A stretch of 64,000 nucleotides of DNA from Octopus sinensis (GCF_006345805.1 NC_043007.1:4092001-4156000), one strand, 5' to 3'; counted from the first letter of the stretch, positions 13,298-26,502 are shown. Translations and numbers: made by a program. Notes: generated by a model from the sequence alone, not told the origin.

Positions 13298-13515
13298 ATG
13301 CTTCATCAACTTCAAAGAAAATCATCTGAAAAATTTACCTGTGATTACAGTCCTTTGTTGCTTTTAATATGGCAAGCAAATGTTGACTCTCAGTATATTG
13401 GAAAAAAAGCAGTATGATATTGACCTTGTGGTTAGCTACCAAACAGGAGTTGGGAAAAATGAAGTTAAAGGTATTTGGGAAAATTTGGATCAAAATAAAT
13501 TTCTGAAATTGTTCA
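13298..13515 (+). mobile_element. Helitron/Helentron Rep-domain remnant
   Basis: Reads MLHQLQRKSSEKFTCDYSPLLLLIWQANVDSQYIG, then after a frameshift VVSYQTGVGKNEVKGIWENL. This matches the Helentron Rep pattern NDYNPLLLL.W.AN.DIQ...Y..GY.TK.E..N..EIW. Confidence 0.6.
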
Positions 13516-13700
13516 TCAAAAAGTGTGTGCATTTTTTTGTTTTTTTTTTTAAATATATTTTTGCATTTTATTGCTTTTTTTTTAAAAAATAGGTTTAATA
13601 TTTTTGATTTAAAAATTTCTTTGTATTAAGCTAAAACATTTCTGTCTTATTCTTAGTATCACTAGAATGAAAAATATAAAGGAAAATATTAATTATAATA

Positions 13701-13858
13701 ATAGGTATGGCTGTATGGTAAGAAGCTTGCTTTCCAACCACGTAGTTCTGGGTTCAATCCCACTGCATGGCACCTTGGGCAAGTGTCTTCTTCTATAGCC
13801 TCAGGCTGACCAAGGCCTTATGAGTGTATTTGGTAGATGGAAACTGAAAGAAGCCTGT

Positions 13859-13913
<55 letters not shown>

Positions 13914-14134
13914 GTCTTTGTGTCTGTTTTTGTCCCCTACCACCACTTGACAACCAAAGGTTGTGTGTATACATCCCCATAACTTAGTGGTTCAGCAAAA
14001 GAGGCCAATAGAATAAGTGCCAGGCTTAAAATAATAAGTACTGGGGTCAATTCATTCAACTAAAAAATCCACCAAGGCAGTGCTCCAGCATGGCCATAGT
14101 CTGATGACTGAAAGAAGTAAAAAATAAAAGATAA
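13701..14134 (+). mobile_element. tRNA-derived CORE-type SINE (family B) with internal (TA)n(TG)n
   Basis: B-box GGGTTCAATCCC, CORE-like TGGCACCTTGGGCAAGTGTCTT, internal TA/TG microsatellite and 3' TGCTCCAGCATGGCC...ATGACTGAAA tail. Other copies occur at 23995, 44351 and 59575. Confidence 0.85.
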
Positions 14135-14917
14135 GAGACAGGAAGTAAAATGTGGGAGCAGAGTGTTGGAATATTCGTAAGTGTTGAACCAGGGAAAATA
14201 CTGGACAAGCAGTAATTAAGCCTGGCAAAGAACAGGAGAAGAAGAAAAAAGCTTAAAATATTGCTGCTGAAGAATTTAAAAACTAAAATAATAATAAGTG
14301 CCCTTTTATATTTTTTATTTTTACATAAAAGTTTAAATTAAAATACTCAGAAAGCTATTTATTTTCAATTTTAGTGAAAAGACTAATTGCCTACAAGTTT
14401 ATACATTAAAAATTTAATATTACAAATTTAATGCTATATATATTTAAAAAATCACATAATAGCAATTTAAGCAAAATTGAAAATGCATCATAACCCCTAA
14501 GTTTTTGTTTTTTTCTTAAATTAGAAAGCCATATCTACAATTTGCACTCAATTTGTTCATTGGCTTTCATTTTTAAAAATATTCTTCTAACTATGAATAG
14601 AAAATTCTTTGTTATCTTATTATGCAAACTTTAAAGAAATTAATTCTTTCATTTCTTTAAAAACGCTTTTTTTTTTACAATTTTTTACTCTTATTTTTGA
14701 ATTACATATATTCTACATGAATTTAGTTTTAACAAATATCTGATTTAACATTTTTGGATAATTAGTTTTAAGAAAAGAAAAATTTTAAAAGCAATACTAA
14801 AAGTAATACTAAAACTAAGACAGAAATATTTTAGCTTGATACAAAATTTTAAAATCAAAATATTAACTTAAATATAAAAAAATTGCTATAAAAAGAAGAA
14901 AAAACCCCAAATAATAA

Positions 14918-15292
14918 TAAAATGAGCACTCAGAGAGTGAAAACCTCTGCCAAGGCAACACCAATGTCCTCTCAATGATTTGCTGGAGATGACTTTTAAA
15001 ATGAGAATATCTGAAATAAACTCAACTGCTTTCACAAATGAGAATACTGAAAATGAACCTGACTGCTCTCAAACATTAAGTAAAAAAAAAAAATAGGAAA
15101 AACAATCCAGAATCCTTGTCCAGTACTGGATCGATCCCAAAATCTAATCAGTTTGTGTCACTCACAAGGCCAAACGTCCCTTAAAGTTTCATCTGAATTC
15201 ATCCAGCAGTTCTTGAGATATCTTGTCCATGGACAAACAAACAAACACAACTGAAAACAATACCTCTGCCTTTACTAAGGCAGAGGTAAAAA
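14918..15292 (+). mobile_element. Non-autonomous Helentron-associated element (HINE/DINE-1-like)
   Basis: Perfect 12-bp stem-loop TACCTCTGCCTT-TACT-AAGGCAGAGGTA at 15261-15288. The subterminal copy ACCTCTGCC at 14943-14951 is inverted relative to the 3' arm. The element ends in A/T runs. Confidence 0.7.
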
Positions 15293-15725
15293 TGTGCACA
15301 CACTATTTGATGAACAATTTCATAAATTTATTTAGCAAATTCTAGTTTTTTTTCTTCTTGTCCTGTACTTTTCCAGGTTTAGTACTTAAAGAATATTCTA
15401 GCACTCTGCTCCCACATTTTTCATTTCAGTTAAAGTAGCGGATTGGTAGAATTATTAGATGGCTGGAGGAAATGCTTTACAGTATTTAGTTACAGCTCTT
15501 TATATTCTGAGTTTAAGTCCTCTTGACTGGGCCAACTGTACTTTCTTGCTCTTTTGGTATCAATAAAAGAAAATACCAGCCAAGTAGTCAAGTTTTTATT
15601 GACTAACTCCGTCTCACAACGTGGCCAGAAACAGTTATTTCTGTTAATATTTTTGCCCTATAACTACTCCAGCTTTGATAAGAAAATATGGCTGAGTTCA
15701 TATCTACTACAAACATTTTGCATTT

Positions 15726-15880
15726 CATCATCATCATCATCATCGTTTAACATTGGCTTTCCATGCTAGCATGGGTTGGACGGTTCAACTGGGGTCTGGG
15801 AAGCCAGGAGGCTGCACAGTCCCAGTCTGATCTGGCAGTGTTTCTACAGCTGGCTGCCCTTCCTAATGCCAACCACTCCG
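15726..15880 (-). mobile_element. RTE LINE 3' tail
   Basis: Reverse complement of GGTTGGCATTAGGAAGGGCAGCCAGCTGTAGAAAC...CCAACCCATGCTAGCATGGAAAG with a (GAT)n tail. Confidence 0.8.
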
Positions 15881-17504
15881 TGTGGTATGTATTATTTGGA
15901 CAGTATTCTTACTTCTATGTAACTCAGATACCTGATTTGATTGTTTAACAATGCTATGTAAGATAGATTGGCAAACTATCCAGTAAGAGACATTTTTCTT
16001 TCATCCACTTAATATCTAAACACTAACTCACCCTTAAGAAATCTATTTGAGACATTGAAAGAATTTGTCTTTTTTTCTTTTTGTTACTTCAACTTTTCAA
16101 ACACCAATTACTTTAGTTGCTTTAATTACATATTTCAATGAGTTACAAAATATGTGTTTCATAAAATGCACAATATACCTGTGTATCATAAATATACTAT
16201 TTAATGACAGTTTCTGCTCAAATTATTACATATTTCTTCTCGCTGCCTATTTATTTCAGTATTTAGCTTTTACTAAGTTGACACCTGTCAACATAAACCA
16301 ACATTAGTCTCTTCAATTTCAGCTGATTATATTTGATTATCTCATCTATTATCTGGAAATGGGTTGTATCTATAATTAGAGTAATTTAGTAAAGATACTA
16401 AATATTTAGATTATAGTCTTGAAAAGTTGGCCTTCTTGGACAAAGCAAAATATATGCATAATCTGTATATTACAAATTTGGTCCGTAACAAGGAAAAGAT
16501 AAGATGGTTGTTAAAGTTTAAAACTTCAATGTTGGTTATTTGCTTTCTCATGATGAAACTCTCATTAGAACAGAGTGAAATAGGAGTACCTGATGGAGGG
16601 TCTGCTTTGGCAAATAGAAAATACAAAATGTTGTGTAAATGGAATAAATTAAATCGCCTTGTGGTGAACTAATTTGCTTCACTCTGTGAACTTTATTAAT
16701 AGAGCAGTTTGGGACCCGGTAGACAGTTGCATCACTATGAAATCCTTTTATTGCATATACTATTAGAACTTTCAATTAGATTATTGTCTAATAAAACCTG
16801 ATTAGATTTATCCAAGAAAACTTAGCTAAAGCATTAATAAAGAATCTATTACTCTCTAATTACTGTGTATTACAGAATATCAAAGCTACTAATTAACAAG
16901 AAAACCATCATTAACACTATTATAAAGACTTTATAAGTCATTTGTCCTTTATCTTTGAAGAATTACACAAATGGTTATGTTGTTGTTATTACTACATCTG
17001 CTGCTGCTGCTGCTGATAATTAGAATGTGTTGTTATTGCTTTTATTTTCTGGTGTGGTATATCTGTAGCTATTTTGTATATATTTTGCCTTATTTTAGAC
17101 TCCGTAGCTCATTCTTATAGAAGTGAAATATTTGTGTAAGAGAAAAATGCAAGATGTATGTTTGTGTGTATGTGAGTGTGTATCAATGCATGTGTGCAGA
17201 CACACACTTACATATACACTCATATACACAGTTATGTTGCATATACATGGTATAGATATGTATAGCAAAATATATGGTTAACATTGTAATAATGATTTGA
17301 CTACAGTAGGGGCTAAACCTTAAATTTGTCACATCCGTGTGGGATTGCAACTCAACAAATATTTTGTGTGATTTCAAATTTTCACCTGGGCCAATCTATT
17401 TTGGTTATAACTGCATGTAATTTCCAGGTGTTCTGACACTATCAAATGATTTGTAATATCAATTATGTAAATATTAAAGAAATAAATCATATCTTTCCTA
17501 TTTA

Positions 17505-17520
17505 TTCACACACACACATG

Positions 17521-17565
<45 letters not shown>
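17505..17565. repeat. (CA)n microsatellite
   Basis: CA run of more than 20 units. Confidence 0.9.
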
Positions 17566-17566
<1 letters not shown>

Positions 17567-17703
17567 TTTAACAGATTTTTATGTAAATTAATTATTGATA
17601 TGCATATGTAAACAAATATATTTGATATAACACTTTAGTTCTTTCAATGTTTGTATTTTTTTTATTTACATATGTCTCTCATTTTGTTTCTATACATGCA
17701 TAC

Positions 17704-17740
<37 letters not shown>

Positions 17741-19057
17741 CTCATTTGTAATGAAGTAATGTATACATTCAATAATGTTCATATAAAAGTTTTTGATATT
17801 AATCTATAATTGATTCTCACGCGCGCATGTACACACACACACACATGCACACACACATACACACACATGCTTACACATTTAACATGCAAACAATATATTA
17901 ATTTAGGCAAGTATGAGCAACATACAATGCAATAATAAGAAATCTAGCAGCTGAATGCTTGCTGTAGTCAATTAAGCCATAGCGATGCTGACTAACTTTT
18001 CAATGAATGAAAAACATTTCTGAACAAATCTTAATTATCTTACCAAATACACAATCTCACGTGTGTGTACATTAATGTATATGTGTATAGCTACACTTGC
18101 TAACATGTATGTGGCAGTGTATGTAAGCATGTGCATTTGTGTAGACACTCGTGCTGACACACAAGTGTAAGTACGTGTACACATGCATATTTATATGCAT
18201 ACATGCGTGTGCATGTGCATATGTCTATACTCAAATACGCATAGTTACCAATTTAATATAATAAATCTTTAATGGGACAATTGATAAAAAGCAGTGGGTA
18301 ATGATTAAATCTCTCATTACACTCCCTCAAATGTATTCATCAAAATCATTAGACCAATACATTATCGTATTTAACATAATGAAATCAATTGGTTGCTTTC
18401 AGTAAATCTGTATTTTTATTTCCACCCCAGCCCCTCCTTTTTCTCCTTCACATTGTCATAACTGTTGTCATAATCATAGTCACCACCACCCCACCACCAC
18501 CACCAATACTGAATTTGCAGCACCCTTACATAAGATATCTTGGTGCTGTCTAGTTGAAAACTTTATTACTGCAATCATCTGAACGAAGAATTTTGCAGAC
18601 AGCTGCAAGATTGTCAGAAGTATTATTATTATTATTATTATTATTAGAAATGCAGTAACAAAATGAAAATAACAGTGAAAGAAGGGGAAAAAATCTGCTT
18701 ACTGCTTTTTTTATTCCCTACCATTATATTTTTATTCATCAGATATTTTAGCACCCGTCCTTTAACTACTCTACCATCTGATTAAGCAGATGTTTTATAC
18801 AGTAAATTTTTCAATTTATTACATTTACTTTTTCATTCACACACATACACACAGTCACACACACATACACACAAATATATGTATGTGTGTGTATGGGTAT
18901 ATATGTGCACACATACACACGTGTGTATATGTTTACCTTGGTTCCACTCACCACTGATTTACATTCATAGGTTCAAAAGAATCAAAATGCCTGACTAGAT
19001 AATATGCTGCCCCCTCCTCCCAGTTCATAGATCTTGAGTTCAAATCCCCCAAATATA

Positions 19058-19321
19058 TTGTAGAGTCAAAAGTTTTGCTATATTTTCGTAGCTTATGGCT
19101 CCGTTCTTGCAATGCTTCATCAACCAAGAGGAGGTGGAAGCTTCAGTGAAGAAGTTCTTCCCCTCAAAAGACAAGATTTGGTATCAGCTTGGGATCAAAG
19201 AACTGGCAGAAAGGTGGCTTCAGACAGTGCCACATGATGGCCCCTAATTTGAATGCCATGTTGCTTGATGAATAAAGCAAAGAAGTTACCAAAATATTGC
19301 AAAACTTTTGACTCAGCACAA
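19058..19321 (+). mobile_element. Internally deleted mariner element (MITE-like) with TIRs and TA TSD
   Basis: Left TA|TTGTAGAGTCAAAAGTTTTGC and right GCAAAACTTTTGACTCAGCACAA|TA are imperfect inverted repeats. The internal frame FINQEEVEASVKKFFPSKDKIWYQLGIKELAERWLQTVPHDGP* is a mariner transposase C-terminus. Confidence 0.85.
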
Positions 19322-19646
19322 TATTTCATTGTTTACATATTTCATTAAGCTGTTTTGAATAGGTGGTAAAACTTTTGGAATTATTAGCTGTAAGCTGGAT
19401 GATAACCATCCATCTGTTTAATGCCATCCAACCAGATTTAAGCCTATTATTCTTAATGTCTCATTTCCATTCTAGTGGCAAAATCTATTTTAACCCATTG
19501 GGCATCAATTGTAATTCTTTTCTACTGTTACACATGGCCTCTTCTTTTCTCAATTTGAATATTATATTTATACTTAAATCCATGAAGTAAACTTGCTTCT
19601 CCATCATCTGCATCTTATATGTCCTACACTCCCTTCCAAACATTCT

Positions 19647-19885
19647 TATTTCTTTACTACCTACAAGGGGCTACACACAGGGGGGCGGGGAACAAACCAA
19701 GACAGACAAACGGATTAAGTTGATTATATCGACCCCAGTGCATAACTGATACTTATTTAATCGACCCCGAAAGGATGAAAGGGAAAGTCGACCTTGGTGG
19801 AATTTGAACTCTGAACGTAGCGGCAGACGAAATACTGCTAAGCATTTCGCTCGGTGTGCTAACGTTTCTGTCAGCTCGCCACCTT
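19647..19885 (-). mobile_element. tRNA-derived SINE, family A (tail type 2)
   Basis: Same head and core as 2474-2688 (GTCGACTTTCCCTTTCATCCTTTCGGGGTCGATTAAATAAGTATC) but a different 3' segment ending CCCCTTGTAGGTAGTAAAGAAATA. Confidence 0.85.
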
Positions 19886-20414
19886 CAATGTTAGAAATAC
19901 TGAAATAGCATTCAGTATTCAAGGATAAATCATTTTATAGGTATGCTAACGATTCTGCCAGCTCATCACCTTAACATTCTGTTACCAAACATTCCGATAT
20001 TTGGAAACCTTTCTAAACATTCTGATGTCCTTCTCTCTTCAGAACTATATTTGTCTCTTCCAGACCAAATTTCCTTTCCTAATATGGACCTTAATAGTTT
20101 TAATCCTGAACATTAAGAAAGTAATAAAGTTATTTCAGTTAATTACTGATGAAGAGTTATGAAGACTAATGACTACTAAAAAAAAAAAAATTTTAGCAAG
20201 GTTTGATGCCTCAGTTTGTTTCAGTTAAAACATATGAAAAGAAAAAATTGTAGATTTTTATGCAGATATTAAATCATGACAATTAGTCATAAAGTGAAGC
20301 GATTCAGCCAATATTCAAAATTTGGTGATGCCTTGTTTTGCCAGGTGCCTTTATTGATGTACTGTATTCATTGCAGTTACTTAAATGTTAATTTTTTAAC
20401 GAATTTTAAACAGC

Positions 20415-20556
20415 TGGTTGGCATTAGGAAGAGCATCCAGCCATAGAAACCTTGCTGAATCAGATTGGAATTAGGTGCAGCTCCCTGGCTTACCAGTTTT
20501 CAGTCAAACAGTCCAACCCATGCCAACATAGAAAACGCACGTCAGATGATGATGAT
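20415..20556 (+). mobile_element. RTE LINE 3' tail
   Basis: GGTTGGCATTAGGAAGAGCATCCAGCC...GTCCAACCCATGCCAACATAGAAAAC followed by (GAT)n. Confidence 0.75.
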
Positions 20557-22259
20557 AGTTTGGTTAATGGTCAACCCCTTGTTTTATATGTTGGTAACTG
20601 ACCATGATGTTGATCTGGTATTGAAAGTTGATGTACAGGGGGTAAAGTACTGGCTCTTAAGCAGTAATGTACTTCATATTGTAGTAGTAGTAGTAGTAGT
20701 AGTAGTATCTGTCCTTATAAAAAAACCCACAAGATCAAAAGCAGCCTAGTACCCAATCCTCCACAGATCAGTGTAGCAAGACAGTGTAAAGGGAAATGTT
20801 CTATTCTGAAACAATGAAACGCTTCATCATTTTGCCTCTATATTTATCACAAAGAACATTACAATGGCAAGATCTTCAGTAATATTCAATTCCAAGTTCA
20901 TGTTATGGTATGGGATCAAAACTGAATTCAGTTATCTGCAATTGATAATATAATACTTGATATATTAGATTAAAGGGTGAACATCTTGGCATAACTTAGA
21001 GAATTGCATTTCAGAGTCCCCAAGAACAATTACAATATCTGTTTCGGTGCTGCAGACATGCTCGATCAGAGTCATCTAATAAGAAGTGACTTTGATGGTG
21101 AAATATGGATGGGAAAAATGGAGGATTTGCTGTAATAGAAGTACGATGTACTCTAATTGGATTAATATACTATAAGAATTTGAGAAATAAGTATAAGTAT
21201 TTATGAAAGTGTGTATATAATGAAAACATAGGCTGATGGATGAGCATGTGTATTAAGGGCCCAAGTTAGTGAATGATTGTGAGCCAATGTGTATTATGAT
21301 ATGATTTGAATTAATTAATGTAGTTTCCATTTATAACCTAACAAAATGTTTTTTTTTCCATTTGAAGTACGGAATTCATCTGTGTCAGTTTTGAATGTAG
21401 AAATATTATAGTGAATTAACAATCTCAAAGGATTTCATAGTGATAATAATTAGGATAAGAATATTCTTGATTGGGAAATGCAAAAATGATTCAAGCATTT
21501 GAATGAACTTGTTAAAAATAAACTGAAAATGCATGAAATCATTAAAAATAGGCTAGAATTTGCGTGACGTAGTTATGATTGATATAAAAACTTTAGAAAG
21601 CTATTAAAGAGTGCACTAAAATGATGAATAAGTTTGTTAAAGTTGACTTAAGATACCAGTTAGTCATCTGAGTGTTGATTAAAATAAATAAATAAATAAA
21701 GACATAAAAATGAATAAAGAGATAACCAAAATTAGAGCTACGTTAATTAAACAACAGAATAAATCTCTGACTAAATAAAAAGATATCTAGAAGATATTCA
21801 TACATATTTATCTTTTACTACAAAAAATAGCAATTTGAAGCATTTAAGAATTTTTAGTAACAAATTTCTCTTCATATTCTACTCCAGGTTCAGAACTGGA
21901 AGACCTGAGTAAACATTATTATAATCAGGAATGTGCTGCAAGTGAACCTTGTGGCTTAGTGTTCATTAATATACAGGTGTTAATAAAGGTGGTAGTGATG
22001 GCAGTGATAATAATAATATTAGATTAAATGTTGGGGAAGCTACTTAGATTTTGATATGAGACGGGAAGCAGTGTAGAAAATATGTTTACTTGAGTTCAAT
22101 AAGAACTGTCTGGAAAGTCCTTGATACACAGTAAGTATAGATATAAACAGCATAAAAGGGGTGAAGGGATAAAAATATCCCTCATATTAGATCATGGATT
22201 CTGGTCTGATAGGAAGTATGATTACGCTGTTTACAACACCAATAGCATGTAACAGCAAC

Positions 22260-22295
22260 ATGATGACGATGAAGATGATAATAATAATAATAATG

Positions 22296-22381
<86 letters not shown>

Positions 22382-22387
22382 AATAAT
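22260..22387. repeat. (AAT)n/(GAT) microsatellite
   Basis: Long AAT run. It is the source of the poly-Ile and poly-Tyr ORFs. Confidence 0.95.
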
Positions 22388-22640
22388 GCTTTCTACACAA
22401 GGCCTGAAATTTTGGGGGAGAAGGATAATCGATTACATCCAGCCCAGTGTTTCACTGGTACTTAATTTATTGACCCCAAAAGGATGAAAAGTAAAGTCCA
22501 CCTCAAAAGAACGTGAGGACAGATGAAATGCCATTAAGTATCTTGCTCAGCATGCCAACAATTCTGCAGAATTTGAATTTAGTATGTAAAGAACTGAGAG
22601 AAATGCTGCTAAGCACTTTGTCCAATGTGCCAACAGGTCT
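22388..22640 (-). mobile_element. Family A SINE flanked by (AAT)n on both sides, with duplicated head
   Basis: CACAAGGCCTGAAATTTTGGGGG...GGTACTTAATTTATTGACCCCAAAAGGATGAAAAGTAAAGTC. Two partial head segments lie in tandem at about 22520-22640. Confidence 0.75.
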
Positions 22641-22643
22641 AAT

Positions 22644-22677
<34 letters not shown>

Positions 22678-22721
22678 TTAATAATAACAATAATAATCAT
22701 AATAATAATAAACATCATCAT

Positions 22722-23640
22722 CTAAGAAAGTGTTTGATATGCCTGAAATCCCAGCAGCAGAAAATGGAGTGACACCATGCAAAGCAGCATTGCCAGTTTC
22801 AAGTGCATAAAACATGAGGAACACTGTAACCGAAACCACACACCTAAAATGGATGCAGGAATCAGGTGCAGATTGGGTGATGATGTAATTTGGTGGACTG
22901 AAAGCAGAGATGCAAGATATATTAATTGCAGCCACAGAGTCTTGCAGCTAGATTCTGTCACCATCATGTCATCAAAAATGGAACAGATTCACAATGTAGA
23001 ATCTGTGGAAAGTATAGAGAAAAACTGTTGACCGTATTGTCTCTTGATGCCTGAAACTAGCAACGGTCAGATGCATTCACAAGCAAAAGAAGGCAGTGGT
23101 TTAGTAGAAAACACAAGGATTATATAATCAAGACAATTGAAAAGTGGTATGAATATCATTCAAGCATGACCACTGAAAACAATGATGTCACCATCTTCTG
23201 GGATTTGCCCATGTACACTGATAGAGAGACAAAAGCTGACAAATCTGGTATCATTAATATAGACAAAAAAGACAAAAAAGTGTATATTTCTTGACATTGG
23301 AATATTTTCTAAAATAAAGACCTCATGAAAGTCTCAGAGAAGCTGGCCAAGTGCAAAGAGCTGGAGATTGATTTCAATCTCCAGGGTGTGGAATTTGAAG
23401 ACTGAAACGGTACTGGTAGTCATGGGAGCACTAGGATGTATGGAGAAGGGAATGGAAAAGTTCAGCCCCTAATTTCTGAACAGCTTCAATATTTATGTAT
23501 CTCTAGAAGATTGCATTATTTGGAACAGCTCACAAATGATGGAGAGTGCTGTCAATCAAGAGACATCTTCCTATAGAACCTAGGGTCCATAATTTGAACT
23601 TAGACTCATTGGGTGTAAAACAGGAAGTGCAAAAGGGTCA
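22722..23640 (+). mobile_element. R4/Dong-clade non-LTR retrotransposon 3' remnant (CCHC plus restriction-like endonuclease)
   Basis: Frames give GLKAEMQDILIAA, DSQCRICGK...DRIVS, KWYEYH...TENNDVTIFWDLPMYTDRE, CIFLDI and SRVWNLKTETVLVVMGALG, which are hallmarks of the RLE domain. Confidence 0.85.
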
Positions 23641-23994
23641 ACTATGACATTAATAAAAAATCTTTAATTTTGGCACAATTTTGGAAATGGTGCCTTGATT
23701 TAATTGATTTAATCAGTTCTTGCACATGTTGGGTATTTGTGTTACTGACCCTGTAATATATTACAAAGGAAACTTAGTAAAAGAGCTGGAAGGGTGGAAT
23801 ATATTGACCACAGGAGTGACTTTTGCAAATGGAAGTTGCATCTGAAACCTCTTGGAATTGATAGTGCTAAGATTTCAGTTTCAACATCTCTTGCAAGGAT
23901 TTTAACTATTTCTGGAGCAATCACAAATAGGAGGAACCTTGACACCATTAATCCAAAGAGACCAAAACAAATATCATATATATCGCCAGCATTC

Positions 23995-24150
23995 ACGGAC
24001 ATGGCTGTGTGGTCAAGAAGTTTGCTTTACAGTCACATGGTTTCAGTTTCAGTCCTACTTCACCATATCTTGGGCAAGTGTCTTCTAACTGTGAACTGAC
24101 CAATGCCTTACTAGTGGATTTAGTAGATGGAAACTGTACAAAGCCTGTTT
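23995..24150 (+). mobile_element. Family B CORE-SINE, 5' part
   Basis: GACATGGCTGTGTGGTCAAGAAGTTTGCTT...TCTTGGGCAAGTGTCTTCT...GTAGATGGAAACTG aligns to 13701. Confidence 0.75.
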
Positions 24151-24559
24151 ATGTGTGTGAGTGCAGTTCACATGAAAAAGGTGGAGTTTCTGATGATGAT
24201 GCATTTTGACACTCCCATGTTTACGAATCATCCAGAAAGTCTGTGTTTTTGAAGATGAGTGGAATGGAAACTCCCTCACTTGTGAAACAAGTAAGGATTA
24301 GCTGCAGGAAGGGCATCCAGCAGGAAGACAATGCTTCAGTAATAGGTATTTGTTCAGGCCATACTGACATTGAGAAAATGAATGTAAAGTGAACGAAGTC
24401 TCTGCATGTACATCTGGAAAAACATAAAATGTTACAATATTGATGTAGACAAACATTTGACCGTATCTCGTAGCAGAAACATTTCAAATAAAAAGGGTAA
24501 TTCTAATGATAAAGTGATATGTTAACTATGAAACCGAAAAGAAAGGGAAAAATCTATAA

Positions 24560-25560
24560 TAATTCCTAAATAATCGAGGAAAGATAACAACTTGCCCAAT
24601 CCTTATAAGAAAAAAATTTTCAAAGGTGGGTCATATTTTTATTCAATGCTGAGACCCCTAAAAGGCTACTCAGCTTCACTGTAAATATCAACATCTGCAT
24701 TGGAGAGGTGATAAATTACAATTTGTGTATAGATTATTTGAAACTATGTAAGGGATGACAACTTGCCTGAAGTTTTACTTCAGTTTAATTAGGGATCACA
24801 AGAAAGAACAAAAAATAAAATATTTTACATAGATAAAGGGGCAATTAGATACAGCATAGAGGTTAGAAATATGCAGGTATATGAGTACATCTGCCGAAAA
24901 AAACAACTAGAACAAAATACTGTATGAAATAAAGTCTTGAGGATAAAATTAAAGAACTGAAAAAGCAAACGTGTGCATGGTCAGTATCTGGCAAGGCTAG
25001 GAAGTAAACTAATTCAAAACATAACTTATCAAATGGATGGTAGTGAATGTAGATTATTTAGTGGACACAATGGCAAATTGAAGACATTGTCTCTATCCTT
25101 AGATAGAAGCTGAATGCGTATGCATACGTTGCCAAGAAGGTAATTCTATTCAGTGGGGAAAATGCAAATTACTTAATAAAACAGGCAACAAAACTATAAA
25201 TGTTTACCAAAGCTGTCAGTGAAAACAGCCAAGTTGCAATACTGTGGGATATGTCCGAGCATTATTATTAAAGATAGAAGAAAGAGAGGATGTCTGTTTA
25301 TCTTCATATCAATCCTTCCTGATTACAACCTTGCCCTGAAGGAAATAGAAGAATTATCAAAATATAAGGATTTAGAGATAAATGTTGCATGTGGCAGCGT
25401 GCGTGGGTGGGTGAATGCAAAAACTGTCTTTGTGATAAATGGAGCATTAGAAATAGCTGAGATATAAAAATAAAAAATGCCAATAAATTTCCAGGCATCA
25501 TACCTCTGCACAAAATAAATGGCATTAATAGGTGCAGCATATTAAACCTCAAAATGGCAG
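24560..25560 (+). mobile_element. R4/Dong-clade remnant (RT core to RLE, internally deleted)
   Basis: KIFKGGS (cf. GIFQGDSL), INYNLCIDYLKL (cf. INHLLYMDDLKL), VSENSQVAILWDM and KEIEELSKYKDLEI...VINGAL. Confidence 0.75.
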
Positions 25561-26343
25561 AACGTTTTACACACCCACACACACACATGGGCTGCACCTA
25601 ATGAAAAATGCATTAAAAGAAGAATGATAACACTTCTTTAAAATATAAAGTAATCACAGTAGGCCACTTGGTAATTATTGGTGTAGCTCATGTTTATGCT
25701 AATTTGTTTGCTTTTACATTTAATTCTGTTTCTAATCTGATTTGCCTATCGTTTCTTTTAAAGTTTTTCCAGTCTTTTTGAGCATACTGGATGTTTTTAG
25801 CCTCATTTTAAATTTAAATTTTTTAAAAGTTTTAATTAATTTTACATTACACCCATAGCGAGGAGAAAAAAATGATCTTAATTACTAATTCTGGTCAAGA
25901 AAGGCAGGGAGGTGATCCAGTAATTTAAATTAATTAAAATTAATTAAAAATCTAAGAGTGTGTGACTGGGTCTGATCTTAGGCAGAACAGTGACAAATCC
26001 AGTCAACTCCTGTTTTGTTATGATACCCCAGGGAAAGGGTAGGGTCAGATGAGGCTGTGGGAGCTGATTAGGCTATGGTCCTTCATATCACTGTGACAAG
26101 TCTACTTTGAATTTGAATAAAATTCTTGGGTTGTCTCCCTTGTTGACCGGAATTAGCCTTTATGATAATTATTTTTTCTTTGTCTCTCCACTAAGGGTAA
26201 AAATATTCATGAATTGAAATAATTTTGGTTCAGTACATTATGTTGTTATCCACTTTATCATTTGGTTTGTTGCTGAGGCATTTGTGGGTAATTTTCATTT
26301 GTGGAAAGCAAACTTCTTACCATACAGCCATGCCTACACCTAT

Positions 26344-26382
<39 letters not shown>

Positions 26383-26470
26383 TTGCAAGAGAGAAAGAAA
26401 GGGGAATATATATATAATTTCTTTATTTGTGATCCACCAAAGTAGTGTTGAGCAACCATTCCAATGTTCT

Positions 26471-26502
<32 letters not shown>

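Noticed and set aside
22182-22725. Poly-Ile and poly-Tyr ORFs resembling membrane proteins
   Set aside because: Read-through of (AAT)n repeats flanking a SINE.
23742-24099. 86-101 aa ORFs on both strands
   Set aside because: No recognisable domain or splice signals, and the plus ORF runs into a CORE-SINE.
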